Source: Felis catus (lineage: Eukaryota). Taken from it: 64,000 nt of DNA. The stretch covers positions 10,666,001 to 10,730,000 of the forward strand of contig NC_058369.1 in the NCBI RefSeq assembly GCF_018350175.1, written 5' to 3'. Positions 50,920-62,133 of the stretch are shown one piece after another; the first letter of the stretch is position 1; every line of letters begins with the position of its first letter. A program made the position numbers and the translations under genes. The notes below the pieces were generated by a model. It was not told the DNA's origin. It worked only from the letters and a program-made list of their open reading frames with translations, and searched no databases.

Positions 50920-51790
50920 TGTTCTATCATATTCAGTATCATCTCAATCAAAATTCTGGCAGGCAATTTTGTAAAAACTGTTAAGCTGATTCTAAAATGA
51001 ATATGCATTTTGAAAGATCTAGAAAACCCAAAAACTATGGAAAAAGGAAAAACAAAGTTAGCATTTTTATACTACCTGGTTTCCAAACGATTACAAATTT
51101 ATAGTAATCAAGATATTGTGATATTGGCTTACAACACATAAATAACTCACTATAAGAAACATAGAGCCCAGAAATAAACCCACACATATACAATCAAATT
51201 ATTTTAAAAGGTGACATGATAAGTCAATAGGAAAAGTATATTCTCAACAAATAGTACTAGAATAATTGGATATCAATATGGCAAAAAATAAACATTGATG
51301 CCAATGTATACTATATTCAAAAATTAATTTTAAATGGAGTATAGACCTAAACATAAAAGATAAGACTATAATACTTCCAGAAAATCATAAGACAGAATCT
51401 TTGTGACTTTGGAGTACCTAATATTGCTTACAAATAAGATACTAATTATTAAAAAATTGACCGGTATTTTTTAAGAGGTAGTATTAAGAGATAGGACGAA
51501 AATATCTACCATATTATATCTGATGAAAGGCTTGCATAGAGAATACATAAAGCACTCTTAAAACTCAATGGTAAGAAGACCAATAATGTAATAAAAATGG
51601 TTAAAAGACTTGAAGAGATATTTCACACAAAATATATATGAATGTCCAATAAATGTATAAAAAATTGCTCATCATTAGTCATTTAGAGAAATATAAACCA
51701 AAGTACAATAAGATGCCATTGCAGATGCCATTGAAGTGGCTAAAGTGGCATTTTCAGCTTGACAACACCAAATGTTGACCAGATGATGAG
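50920..51790 (+). mobile_element. Old sense L1 ORF2 3' fragment
   Basis: GAGCCCAGAAATAAACCCACAC, ATTCTCAACAAATAGT, TAGACCTAAACATAAAA. Confidence 0.75.
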
Positions 51791-52330
51791 TGTGGTAGGC
51801 AGACTTCTAAGATGGTCTCCTGTAGTCTTCATCTCATGTTATTCATGCCTTGAATGTGAAACTGATGTAGCGAATTGTTTCTAATAAATAGGGTACAGCA
51901 GAAGTGATAGATAATTTTTGTGATTAGGTTTTCAAAGACTGTGACTTCCGTCTTACTAGCAGACTCTATTGCCTTCTTAACTTTCACATCTTGATGAAGC
52001 AAGCTGCCATATTGGAGAGTCCCATGTAGCAACTTGTGGCATGTATCAATAGTTTGTTCATTTTTATTGCTTAGTATTCCTGCTTGTTACATGCTTTCCA
52101 GCAAACATCTACAGGACAAATGGAGCCATCAAGCCAAGAGCTCCTGAAAATTGAATCCTTCTAAAAATGATGTAAACTTATAAATATAACTTTCCCCAGT
52201 CAAACCTTCACATAAGACCCTGACCACTTCTGATGGGTGGATTGTAGCTTTTTGAGAGATCATGGTTCAGAGAATTTAGCTAAGCCATGCCCAGATTCCC
52301 AGCCCACAGAAACTTTAAGATAATCAATAT
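51791..52330 (+). mobile_element. Old MaLR (MLT1-type) LTR
   Basis: Starts TGTGGTAGGCAGACTTCTAAGATGG; contains GCTAAGCCATGCCCAGATTCC..CCCACAGAAACT. Confidence 0.7.
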
Positions 52331-52816
52331 GTGAGATAATCAAGATGTCTTTCCTGAACTAATATTTACATGGGTGCATACATTTGTGAACACATTGAGT
52401 TAAAAATATTTCTGAGGGACACTGGTCCAAAGGTGGCAAGTTAAAACAATAGTCATCCTCAAAGACCTTCTTTGAGTGGCTTGTGTCTTAAACCATTTTC
52501 ACAAAAGCAGTTTTTGTTTCCTTTTAAGGCCCACTTCATAAGCACAGTTGAAGAAATCATCTTTTATAGATTGGGTAGCCCTATGATTGGGGCTTGGGGG
52601 AGCCTACACTTAGGCTCTAGGTGAGACTGTCCAAGAAGAATGACTTATATGGATAATACTCTACCGAAAAAGAAAATTATTCCTGGAGTATTGCTCTGAA
52701 GAGACAAGAAAAGCTTCTCCCGGGACTCAGAACCAGAGTCAGGGCACATAGAATATTACTGCCTTATACCATATATAATCTTTTCATCAAAAGACAAAGA
52801 CTTCCACAAAAACTTC

Positions 52817-53366
52817 TGTTAGGAGCCAAGCTCCTAGGCCCTATGGAATGAGAGTTGGCGCAAAGAACCACACGGCACTCCGATTTCGGCAGAGAGTCTT
52901 TACTGGTGCACCAGGGCTCCCCAGTGTTAGAAAGCGGGAGAGCCCCGATATACGGGGTTACAGGTCTTTTATACCATTTTGAGTTACATTTGCATACAGG
53001 CTGGTGGTAGGCTCTCTGCTCGGTGGTGGTTAGGGTTGGGGGTAATTTCGTCCTGGGAAAGCTTGGGAAATGGAGTTTCTCTCGGCAGATGCAACTTGGA
53101 GCCCGGGTGCGAAGCGGCAGGGGACCTCCGGTTTGGGAGCGTAAGCAGGTTTACAGAAGCGAGATGAAAGCGGTCATCGTTATTTATGTGACAACCTGTT
53201 CCTGTCTTGCGTAGGGAAAGGTGGGGGTACAGCTCTCCCAGGGTACGGATGTCTAACTGCAGATATCCTGTTTGTCAACTGGTGGAAGTGCAAGCCCTGC
53301 AAGTGAGGCGTTACGGAACTGAAGATAGGGTGGGGGTGTGTTATTAAGCTAAGCAGGGGCCTTTCA
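52817..53366 (-). mobile_element. Young gammaretroviral (ERV1) solo LTR, ERV-DC/RD-114-like
   Basis: 550 bp with TG...CA ends and 4-bp TSD CTTC (52813-52816 / 53367-53370). Minus strand starts TGAAAGGCCCC, has octamer ATGCAAAT, TATAAAA and AGTAAA in U3-R order, ends GGCTCCTAACA. CpG-rich. Family name is from memory, not a search. Confidence 0.88.
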
Positions 53367-53454
53367 CTTCCATATATGTTTTTCAGAAATTAAAGAACAT
53401 TTGGGTAATTTATCTAAGGGAAATGTACTCCTCCTTCATTCATCAAATGGGTGC

Positions 53455-53641
53455 TACACATTAGCTTAGATCACAGAAGTTTATTTTCTCACAGTTATAA
53501 AGGATGGAAGTCCAAGATCATGTGCCATGATCGTTGAGTTCTGGTGAGAGACTTCTTACTGACTTGTAGGAAGCCACCTTCATGCGCTGTCTTCATTCAA
53601 CTGGCCTTTCCTTGGTTCATGTGGGGACAGAGAGAGAGATA

Positions 53642-53686
<45 letters not shown>

Positions 53687-53851
53687 TTCTCTTCTTATAA
53701 AGACACCAACCCAACAGGGTTAGTACCCCACCCTTATGACTTCACTTAACCATTATCACTTCCTAAAAATCCTATCTGCAAATACAGTCACATTGGGGAT
53801 TAGATCTTCAATCTAGGAATTTTAATGGGACACAATTCAGTCTATACTACA
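53455..53851 (-). mobile_element. Old MaLR (MLT1A-type) LTR with (AG)n
   Basis: TTTATTTTCTCACAGTT..GGAAGTCCAAGATCA, AATACAGTCACATTGGGGATTAG, GGGACACAATTCAGTC. Confidence 0.8.
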
Positions 53852-54641
53852 CAGCTCAAGTGTATCAGGCTCTGTGTTGGGCATGGAGGGGGAACAAATG
53901 TACTTTCAGCAGAGTGAGGGTGTACAGAATTTATAGCAGCTGTATTATAACTGTTGATTTTGCCATTTGACTCTCAGCTGGCAGTCTATTTCCCTTACTC
54001 TGGCTTTAGAATCTTCATATCCTTTCATTTTTATTAATGAACAAAAGAAAGGAAAGAATCAGGACTCTATCTAGAAGGACTGAGTTAGGGAATAATTTTA
54101 ATACTTGAGGCCAATTGAATTCAGTTATCTCTGCCCAAACCATCTTGAATTGCCTCAAGGCAATTCTGTAATCCAGAATCTCAGACTGGGAGGTTTTTGC
54201 TTGTCTTTTTTAGTGATGCTGGGGAAAATCAGAAAAGAGAGTCAAAAAAGATCCAGCCGGAGTTTCTACCCACTTTGCACATTTCTTTCAACCCTTTCAA
54301 CTAGCTAGCATCACCCCCGAAAAGCTAGCTAACACTGGGAGCTAATATTACTCCCTGATACGTCTTACATGGCTTCTCCTTGGACAGGTTTTTTTACTTC
54401 TCATTTACTATTCCCAGCTGACTCCATTCCTCAGTGATATGTTTTCACACTTCTTAGATCTTTTCCTCCATAGTGCAGAAAATCACACAATGGTTCTAGT
54501 TTTGTTGACAGTAATCTACCAAAGAACATGTTCACCTGACCTTGACTCTGACCTAGTCATCTTTGTCATTGACTTGGAATTTCATGTCTATTTGTACGTG
54601 TGACTTCAGAATATCATGTGACATATGTATGACAGCACAAA

Positions 54642-55116
54642 CAGGCATGTCTTGTTTTATTGCACTTTACTGCACTTTGTAGATATGGAATTTTTTAAAA
54701 AACAAGTTAAAGGTTTGTGGCAAGCCTGTGTGAAGGAAGTCTATTGGCACCAATTATCCAACAATACCTGCTTACTTCATGTCTCTGTATCACAATTTGG
54801 AAATTCTTGCAATATCTCATTTTTTTCATTATTATTATTGTATTTGTTATGGTGATCTGTGACCCTAATGTGACTATTGTCATTGTTTTGAGGCTTCATG
54901 AACCACACACATATGACAGCAAACTTAATGGATAAATGGTATGTATTCCGACCAATCCACTGTTTGATTGTTCCCCATCTCCTTCCCTCTCCTTAGGCCT
55001 TCCTGTTCCCCAAGACACAGCAATATTGATATTAGGTCAGTTAATAATCCTACGATGGCCTATCCATATTCAATTGCAAGACTCAGATGTCTCTCGCTTT
55101 AAATCAAAAGCAAGAA
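54642..55116 (+). mobile_element. Tigger1-like DNA transposon, left end only
   Basis: CAGGCAT terminus, AAGGTTTGTGGCAA, TTTAAATCAAAAGC; stops abruptly at an L1 fragment. Confidence 0.8.
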
Positions 55117-55176
55117 GAGAAAGACAGATACCATATGTTTTCACTCATATGTGGATCTTGAGAAACTTAACAGAAG
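55116..55176 (+). mobile_element. About 60-bp internal fragment of young felid L1, no tail, no TSD
   Basis: AGAGAAAGACAGATACCATATGTTTTCACTCATATGTGGATCTTGAGAAACTTAACAGAAG is close to the reverse complement of 62352-62411. Confidence 0.9.
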
Positions 55177-55184
55177 TAATTATG

Positions 55185-55500
55185 TCTCGTGAGGGAAGAA
55201 TGTAGAAAGCCAAGAGAGGACTCCCTGGATGGTTGATGTTGGGGACTGAAGCTCTGTCCCCACGAGATGGCAGGAAGGGGTCAGGTGCTGGTCTCCCAGC
55301 CAGACTTGGGACTCCAAAGAAAGAACAACGTCCTGTACAGCCCAAAGTTGCACTCGCTGTGGGACTACAGAGGAGATCTTACAGCTCCTATGTCTGCTCA
55401 TGAAGCAGCTTTTACTCTAACCTGTAAGCACATGATCTCCCTGTGGGGCAATGATCCAGACACAATGGGAAGTTTTCCTGCTGGTTCTCTCTCTGATCCT
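55185..55500 (-). pseudogene. Orphan copy of the OR-4 promoter/exon-1 block with no coding exon
   Basis: Colinear similarity to 60935-61260 (CTGGATGGTT, AAGCTCTGTCCCCAC, GGCAGGAAGG, GCACATGAT.TCCCTG, GACACAA, GTTTTCCT). No OR CDS lies between it and OR-3. Confidence 0.7.
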
Positions 55501-55781
55501 AGGACACCGTGTGCTAATCCAGGTGAATTCAGTTTTGATTCCTTCTTCTCCATTAATCTCCTACCTTCCAGTGGTCCACACCTCCCAGCACCTCATCACA
55601 ACCCTGACTTCAAAGTTTTCCCAAAAATCTAATACTGAGGAACTCATCTGATTAGTTCCCTTAGGTTTTCAAAACATTGATTTATGGTGGGGACACAATC
55701 CCTGATGTCTCTAGAAAATTACTGTTTCCTTCTTCAGCACAGGGGAGAAATTTGATCCTGTAGTATAAAACCTTGGGTACT

Positions 55782-56002
55782 GGGCACCTGGGTGGCTCAG
55801 TCAGTTGAGCGTCCAACTTCGGTTTGGGTCATGATCTCACAGCTTGTGAGTTTGAGCCCCACGTCAGGCTCTGTGCTGACAGCTCAGAGCCTGGAGCCTG
55901 CTTTGGATTCTGTGTCTCCCTCTCTCTCTGCCCCTCCCCTGCTCTCGCTCTGTCTCTCTATCCTTCAAAAATAAATAAACATTAAAAAAAATTAAAAAAA
56001 AA
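55782..56002 (+). mobile_element. CAN-SINE
   Basis: TSD AAAACCTTGGGTACT. Confidence 0.92.
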
Positions 56003-56349
56003 AACCTTGGGTACTATACTCCTTAGCTTCATGATAGTTTAGCCAAAACAATGAGGAATTTCATGGTTAGATCACAAGTTAAGAACTGTTGTTTACTCCC
56101 TCATGATGAAGTGTATTTTAATTATAAGAGATACGTTTAGATTTTCTGCAGCATAGGCTAGCTTAGCACACTAAAGCGATTCTATGATTTAATTTTCACA
56201 AAAGTATTATCTATGAAGCCATGCTTTCATCAGCTCTATTCTCTATTGTCTAAATGGGTCTCAGGGGAATTTAATGTTCTGCTCAAAGGCATAAACCAAG
56301 CAGGGATGTAGTCTTAATTGGAATTATCTCGGGATGCTTCCAGTTCTGA

Positions 56350-56680
56350 AACTCTGGGAAGCGGTTCCCAACCAGAGTTGCTCTTGGGATATTTGGCCAT
56401 GTCTGAAGGGATTCTGCTGAGTACCTTCCTTCACAGGACAGCACCCAACAACAATAATTATCTATGTCTAAAGGCCAACCGTGAGAAGGTGAGAAAACCT
56501 GTTCCCCACTGAGGCTTTTCCAACCTCAGTGTGCACGCAATTCACCAGGGACTGTAGTTGAAATGCAAATTCTTATTGCTCAGGTCTCCAGGGGCCCCAG
56601 CAGCTCTGCTTCTCTAACAAGCTCCTTGGTGGTGTTGATGCTGCGGGTCCTGGATGTGGAGCACAGACTGAGAGCAAAGC
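56350..56680. mobile_element. MER20- and MER5-like hAT fossils
   Basis: GCACCCAACAACAATAATTATC..GAGAAAACCTG and GAAATGCAAATTCT..TCTAACAAGCTCC..GATGCTG. Confidence 0.6.
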
Positions 56681-57784
56681 CGTGGTCCTTTGTTGGAGAA
56701 AATTTAAATTTAAATTTAAAGTTGTTAAGATGGCAATACTACCCCAAATATCTACAAATTCAATGACAATATGAAAATAACAAAAAGGGGTTTTTTTTTG
56801 GGAAAAGTTTTTTAAAAGCCATCCTAAAATTAAATTTTAAATTAAAAATTTCCAAGCATGAGCACAGAATGCCATCGCATTTATTGATGTCCTCTTTAAT
56901 TTCTTTCAGCAAAATTTTATGGTTTTTATTTATAAGTCTTTTGACTGTAACACCTTAACCAGTTATTCACCCCAGCAAATAAATCCCCTTAAACACTGCC
57001 ACTGGTGCACCATACTTGATTGAGAGATGTACTTGAAAAGAAAATGTAGTGCCTAGTAATACAAAGGACACTTTAAAATTTGCTTTATCATATTCGAGGT
57101 CATCTTTGATTCCAAAGCTATATTAAGTCATTCTATTCATTGAATTCCTGTTTCCATAGAGTCCACTAATAGACATGTATTTGATAATCAGTTTTGCCAG
57201 TGACTAATGTAAGCACTGGGGACATAGAACCTGAGAAGACAACAGAATCCTAATTAGGGGAATAAAACCAATGGTCTGTTATAAAATATGCTAATATGTT
57301 AATCAGGAAGAGCAGTTAGTGATTTACAAACGAATGACAGACATAAAGTGAAAAACTGTGGTCTCAGAATAGAATAGAATAGAATAGAATAGAATACAAA
57401 TGACCTATTGCCAGATTGAATTTTTTTCCATCAGAGCGGTAACAAATGACTACATTTTTAGGAAAACTACAGACATTACATGGGGTGATTTTTGTCATTG
57501 GAGGAGAGATTATTCATAAGAAATCCAAACAGTTCCAAGAGATAAATAGGAATTGCTAATTTTTTCATAAAATAGATTGGGAATCAACTTAGAAATAACA
57601 GAAGAAAATAAAGGGAAGATGGTTGGATATCAGAGAGAGGTAAAAAAAATTAATAAAATGAGTAACTACATTGTACTGTATTGAAAAAATAAAAATTACA
57701 GGGAGTTAATGAAAGCAAATTCTATGTCCACAATTTGCTTTAAAAGGGTCACACCTTCTGACTCAAAGTCTTTGAGGACTGAAA

Positions 57785-58753
57785 TCATGGGAAATTCTTC
57801 AACCGCAGGACAATTGGACCTTTTCTAACTGCCATTGCAGAGAATCTCCTCAGAGCCCCCTTTATGTCTTTGTTCCTCAGGCTGTAGATGAAGGGGTTCA
57901 GCATGGGCGTGACCACTGTGTACATCACCGAGGCTGTGGCACTTGAGTGGGAGCTCTGGGTGGCAGCAGAGCTGAGGTACACACCTAGGCTCGTACAAAA
58001 AAATAAGGAGACAACTAAAAGGTGAGATGCGCAGGTGGAAAATGCTTTATACTTGCCCTGAGCTGAGGAGATCCCACGTATGGAGGAAACTATCTTGGAG
58101 TAAGAGTAAAGTATCCCAACGAGGGGACCACCAGCCAGCAACACAGCTGCAAGATACATCACCAAGTTATTAAGAAAGGTGTCAGAACAGGCAAGTTGGA
58201 TCAACTGATTGAGTTCACATAAAAAGTGGGGGATTTCTACTTCTGTACAGAAGGACAGCCGCAACACCATTGAAGTTTGCAACAAGGAATGCAGGACACT
58301 CGTGATCCAGGACACCAGGACCAGCAGCCCACAGAGCCGGGGGTTCATGATGACCGTGTATTGCAGGGGGTGACAGATGGCCACAAATCTGTCATAGGCC
58401 ATCACAGCCAGGAGATAGATGTCCAACACTGAAAAGATTAAGAAAAAGTTCATCTGGGTGATGCAGTCCTCATAGGTTATGATTTTGCTCTGTGTCTGGA
58501 TGTTCAAGAGCATCTTCGGGACGGTGGTGGAGGTGAAGCAGATGTCTACAAAGGACAGGTTGGCCAGGAAGAAGTACATGGGGGTGTGGAGGTGGGAGTC
58601 AGAGCTGACAACCAGGATGATGAGCAGGTTCCCAAACACAGTGATCAGGTACATGGAGAGGAAAAGCCCAAATATGAGGGGCTGCAGTTCTGGACCGTCT
58701 GAAAATCCCAGAAGCAGAAATTCTAATAGTCGTGTATCGTTTCCTGGTTCCAT
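57785..58753 (-). CDS. Olfactory receptor, OR7A subfamily-like, intact, 322 aa; called OR-4
   Basis: MEPGNDT start, [17 protein letters not shown] and [27 protein letters not shown] are typical of OR7A. An in-frame ATG at 58786 probably lies in the intron. The exact ortholog cannot be assigned by eye. Confidence 0.96.
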   Translation of the reverse strand: MEPGNDTRLLEFLLLGFSDGPELQPLIFGLFLSMYLITVFGNLLIILVVSSDSHLHTPMYFFLANLSFVDICFTSTTVPKMLLNIQTQSKIITYEDCITQMNFFLIFSVLDIYLLAVMAYDRFVAICHPLQYTVIMNPRLCGLLVLVSWITSVLHSLLQTSMVLRLSFCTEVEIPHFLCELNQLIQLACSDTFLNNLVMYLAAVLLAGGPLVGILYSYSKIVSSIRGISSAQGKYKAFSTCASHLLVVSLFFCTSLGVYLSSAATQSSHSSATASVMYTVVTPMLNPFIYSLRNKDIKGALRRFSAMAVRKGPIVLRLKNFP

Positions 58754-58989
58754 GAGGTTGAACTGGCCCCCGGAAAAAGGTATCATCAATTTTCACCTGA
58801 AGGCATTACTCACATAGTTGAAAGGGTCCAATTTATATTGTGCAGTCAAGAAATTAAATTCAGTATCTTGTGTATTGACTGTCCCCTTGAAGGGATTCCT
58901 TCTCATTTCATCTTTGATTAGGCGTTTCAGTCCCTTTCTCTGCATTCCCCAACAGATGTCATGCATTTTACTGTTTTGCCAAGAATATC

Positions 58990-59440
58990 TTTCATGCATT
59001 CGAAAAATATGTACTGAGTGTCAAACATGTTCCGGGTGTTGTCTAGACAATGAGCACAGGAAACTGAAAACCAACAGCCACTATGATGCAGTGATGGAGA
59101 CTGAATAGAAACAAATCAAAATATTAATAGGACATCAGAGGGTGTCAAGTGCTGTGAAGAGAACAAGAGTAGGTGTAAAGGAGAGCGTGGATACAAGTGT
59201 TATTTTGTAATTGGTGTTCTGTTAAGACCAGTAAACAGGTGACATTTGAAAGGAGACCTCAGGGAAAGGAAGGCAGGAGCCACGAGCATGTCTGGGGAAG
59301 TGTGTGCTGGCCGAGGGAATGGTCTCTGCAAAGACTCTGAGGATGATACTATGAGCTGTTCAATCCAAAATAGGTAGCATGTGTGGGAAGGAGAAGGAAA
59401 AGGAGAGAGATCAGATGTGGTATCAGGCAATTTCAAGGAA
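58990..59440 (-). mobile_element. L2 fragment
   Basis: TCATGCATTCGAAAAATATGTACTGAG terminus and GGTGACATTTGA..GACCT motif; similar L2 pieces at about 10790-11500, 16100-16560 and 44245-44500. Confidence 0.6.
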
Positions 59441-59699
59441 ATAGGTGTCCTCACTGCTGGTTAACCTTCAAGAGGAAGGAGTCACTCGCCCACGGTATAC
59501 ACTGCTTGTATTTTAGAATCTACTTGCAAAAGTGTTCTGTAAATTGACATAGAGCCCTCCTGAATGCCACGTGTTGGTTTAGTTCTGGCCTCTGTATTAC
59601 AAGAATCACCTTAGAATATATTAGACCATGTCTAATATACCCCCCGCTCTGAGGATGGATCGATCTCACTCCACAAGGCACTCACACACGCACGCGCAT

Positions 59700-59745
<46 letters not shown>

Positions 59746-59994
59746 CCACACACACCAAATCATTGCTCCCTGGGCTGTGCTCTTAGCCTGACTTCTGACC
59801 CTCAGCCCCAATGATTAAAGTCGGAGTGGCTATAACTCAAGCTGGCCAGATCCATTATAATTCCCCCAAACAATGTAGAATTATACCTGAATTCCAATGC
59901 TCATGTTTCCCATGGACAAATAACATTGACAAGTCAGACTGGCATGCTCATATTCCGTCCTGTATTTAATGAAACACAAACAATCTGCTCAAAA

Positions 59995-60065
<71 letters not shown>

Positions 60066-60915
60066 CAAGAGAGGGAAATGAAATAGAAGTGGCACAAAAG
60101 ATCTAATGGTTCAGGTAGTCGCTGAAACCTGTGTCCATGAAGAAGAAAGTGCATCCCTGGTTCTGACAACATTCCAAGTCTTGTTACCTCCCTGATGCCC
60201 AGCAAAAATAGTAAGGAGGAACCTTAAATTCAGTCAGAAGACAAAATTAGTGGGAACTTCAGGGCATTGCTACCTTACAGAGTGAATGTTTCAAGAGAAA
60301 CCTGTGCCAAGGAATAAATCAACACTTCGGCACAGGAAATATGCAAAGCACAGCAAAAGTTGGGCAGGTTATAATGAATCAGTAGAAGACTTGTTTTTTT
60401 TTCTGTGCCTGTTTCAATTGGATGTCCTGTGATCTTAGAGAAGGTGGACAAATCCCTTTCACTTTTCAGATGTGGCATCTTTTCTTCGTTTTTCCTGGGC
60501 TTTGTGTTGTGATCTCTTTTTTGACAATAGCAGTGGGCACACTCTGGTCCTGTTTCTGGTCTTTGCACAACACTGTAAGATCTGTTCAGAACTTTCTCTA
60601 CAAAATTCTGCACATACTGCGACAACCATTCTGGCTCTAAATCACTGTCTTCATAGGATTTCTGCCTGAGGCTCTCACACCACACACTTAGTTCATTCTA
60701 CTGTGATTCCACCAAAGAAGGCAAGTACCAAAGGAACAGGGCCCTCTCTGACCTTGTTCGCTGTAGTTTTTCAGAATGACGTGGTCAGGCAAGCAAATGA
60801 CCATAGAGATCTCAGCGTTCTGGGCTAGGCTGGTGGCCATGTGGTGACCTCAGGTAAATACACCTGACTTTGAAGTCTCTCTGACCCTCTCCTGCCGGAC
60901 CTGCCAGGCTCCTGG

Positions 60916-61250
60916 ACTCACCTGTTTGGGAACTCTGAGGGAGAGGTCTCTGTGTGGAAGTCTGAATTCCTTTCTGGATGGTTACTGATGGTGACTAAGC
61001 TCTGTCCCCACTCAGGGCGGCAGGAAGGAGGCTAGCATGAGTCTCCTAGCCGAGCTACAGACTCTGGAAGCAACAGCCAGGTCCCATCGGCCCAAGGTGG
61101 CACAGGCAGAGGGACGGCACACAGGAGGTATTTATAGTTTCCTTTGTCTGTTCTTGAGGCACGTTTCCCTCCTGCTTCTCCAACACAGAGCACATGATTT
61201 CCCTGGGGGACACTGGTCTGGACACAAAGAAATGTTTTCCTAGAGATTCT
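60916..61250 (-). promoter_or_regulatory. Candidate promoter and first non-coding exon of OR-4
   Basis: On the minus strand, in order: O/E site CCCCCAGGGA (61200-61209), TATAAATA (61129-61136), donor CAG|GTGAGT (GT at 60921), about 2.2 kb upstream of the CDS. Confidence 0.65.
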
Positions 61251-61727
61251 GTGTTCCCAATAGATCATATTATAACCACGTGAATCCAGTGTTGATTACC
61301 CCTTCCTCATAAATCCCACTGTAGGAGATAATAATACATACAGAAATAGTTAGCTGATCATATATTGGTTCAAGAAAAAAGAGCACCGTAGTCACACATG
61401 ACATCATGGACGAGCCTTAGAAACACAAGGTAGAGACTCACGGCTGACTATAGACCCACGAGGAGACAAGCACAGCTCAGAACAAACTCCCAACATACAA
61501 TATCATTTGGTAATAAGGACATTAGATTAAACTGTTTTCTTGTAGGATGGCTTGTTATGCAGCAATAGCTAACTGATTCAGTCATCAAAGTGAACAGAAA
61601 TAAGGACAATTATCACAATCTGCTACTGATTGTTCTTGGCATTTATTCTTCTATTTGAAGAATACATTCATGGTAACTGTTTTATTTTGGTTTAGTTCAG
61701 ACAACTGCATATAAAAGCTCTCCTTGA

Positions 61728-61845
61728 GGGGTGCCTGAGTGGCTCAGTCTTATGAGTGTCTGACTCTTGATTTTTGGCTCAGGTCATGTTCTCATGGTCC
61801 TGGATTGAGCCCTGCATCATGCTCCTTGAACGTGGAGCTGTGCAC
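61728..61845 (+). mobile_element. Partial CAN-SINE (head only)
   Basis: GGGGTGCCTGAGTGGCTCAG..GGCTCAGGTCATG; no tail. Confidence 0.8.
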
Positions 61846-61909
61846 TGTTTATTCAGTTCCTCTCTGCAATTTTAAATCAGATTTTTTTTGTTACTGAGTT
61901 GTATGGACC

Positions 61910-62133
61910 ACAGCCATGATGCTTAAAGAGTGGCCATGGACCAGGACCTGTGGCATCAACAACTGGGAGCTAGATCCAAATACAGAATTGCTGGGCCCAC
62001 GTGAGCCCTGCCCAATCAGAATCTGCATTTGGGTAAGATAACCAAATAATTCTCATATATACTGAATTTGGAGAAGTGCTGGTCTAGTGTAGTGTTGCTC
62101 AACCTTCACATTGTTGACATTTGGAGTGGATAA
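61910..62133. mobile_element. MER5-like fossil plus MER20 end interrupted by L1
   Basis: AATCAGAATCTGCATTT..GAGAAGTGCTG; TTGCTCAACCT..TTGACATTTGG..GGATAATT. Confidence 0.6.

Noticed and set aside
59800..60200. Possible ancient LTR16/LTR33-like fragment
   Set aside because: Too degraded to call by eye.
60275..60685. 136-aa ORF and other short ORFs in unique-looking DNA
   Set aside because: Non-ATG start, no recognisable motif, and located in the putative OR-4 intron.
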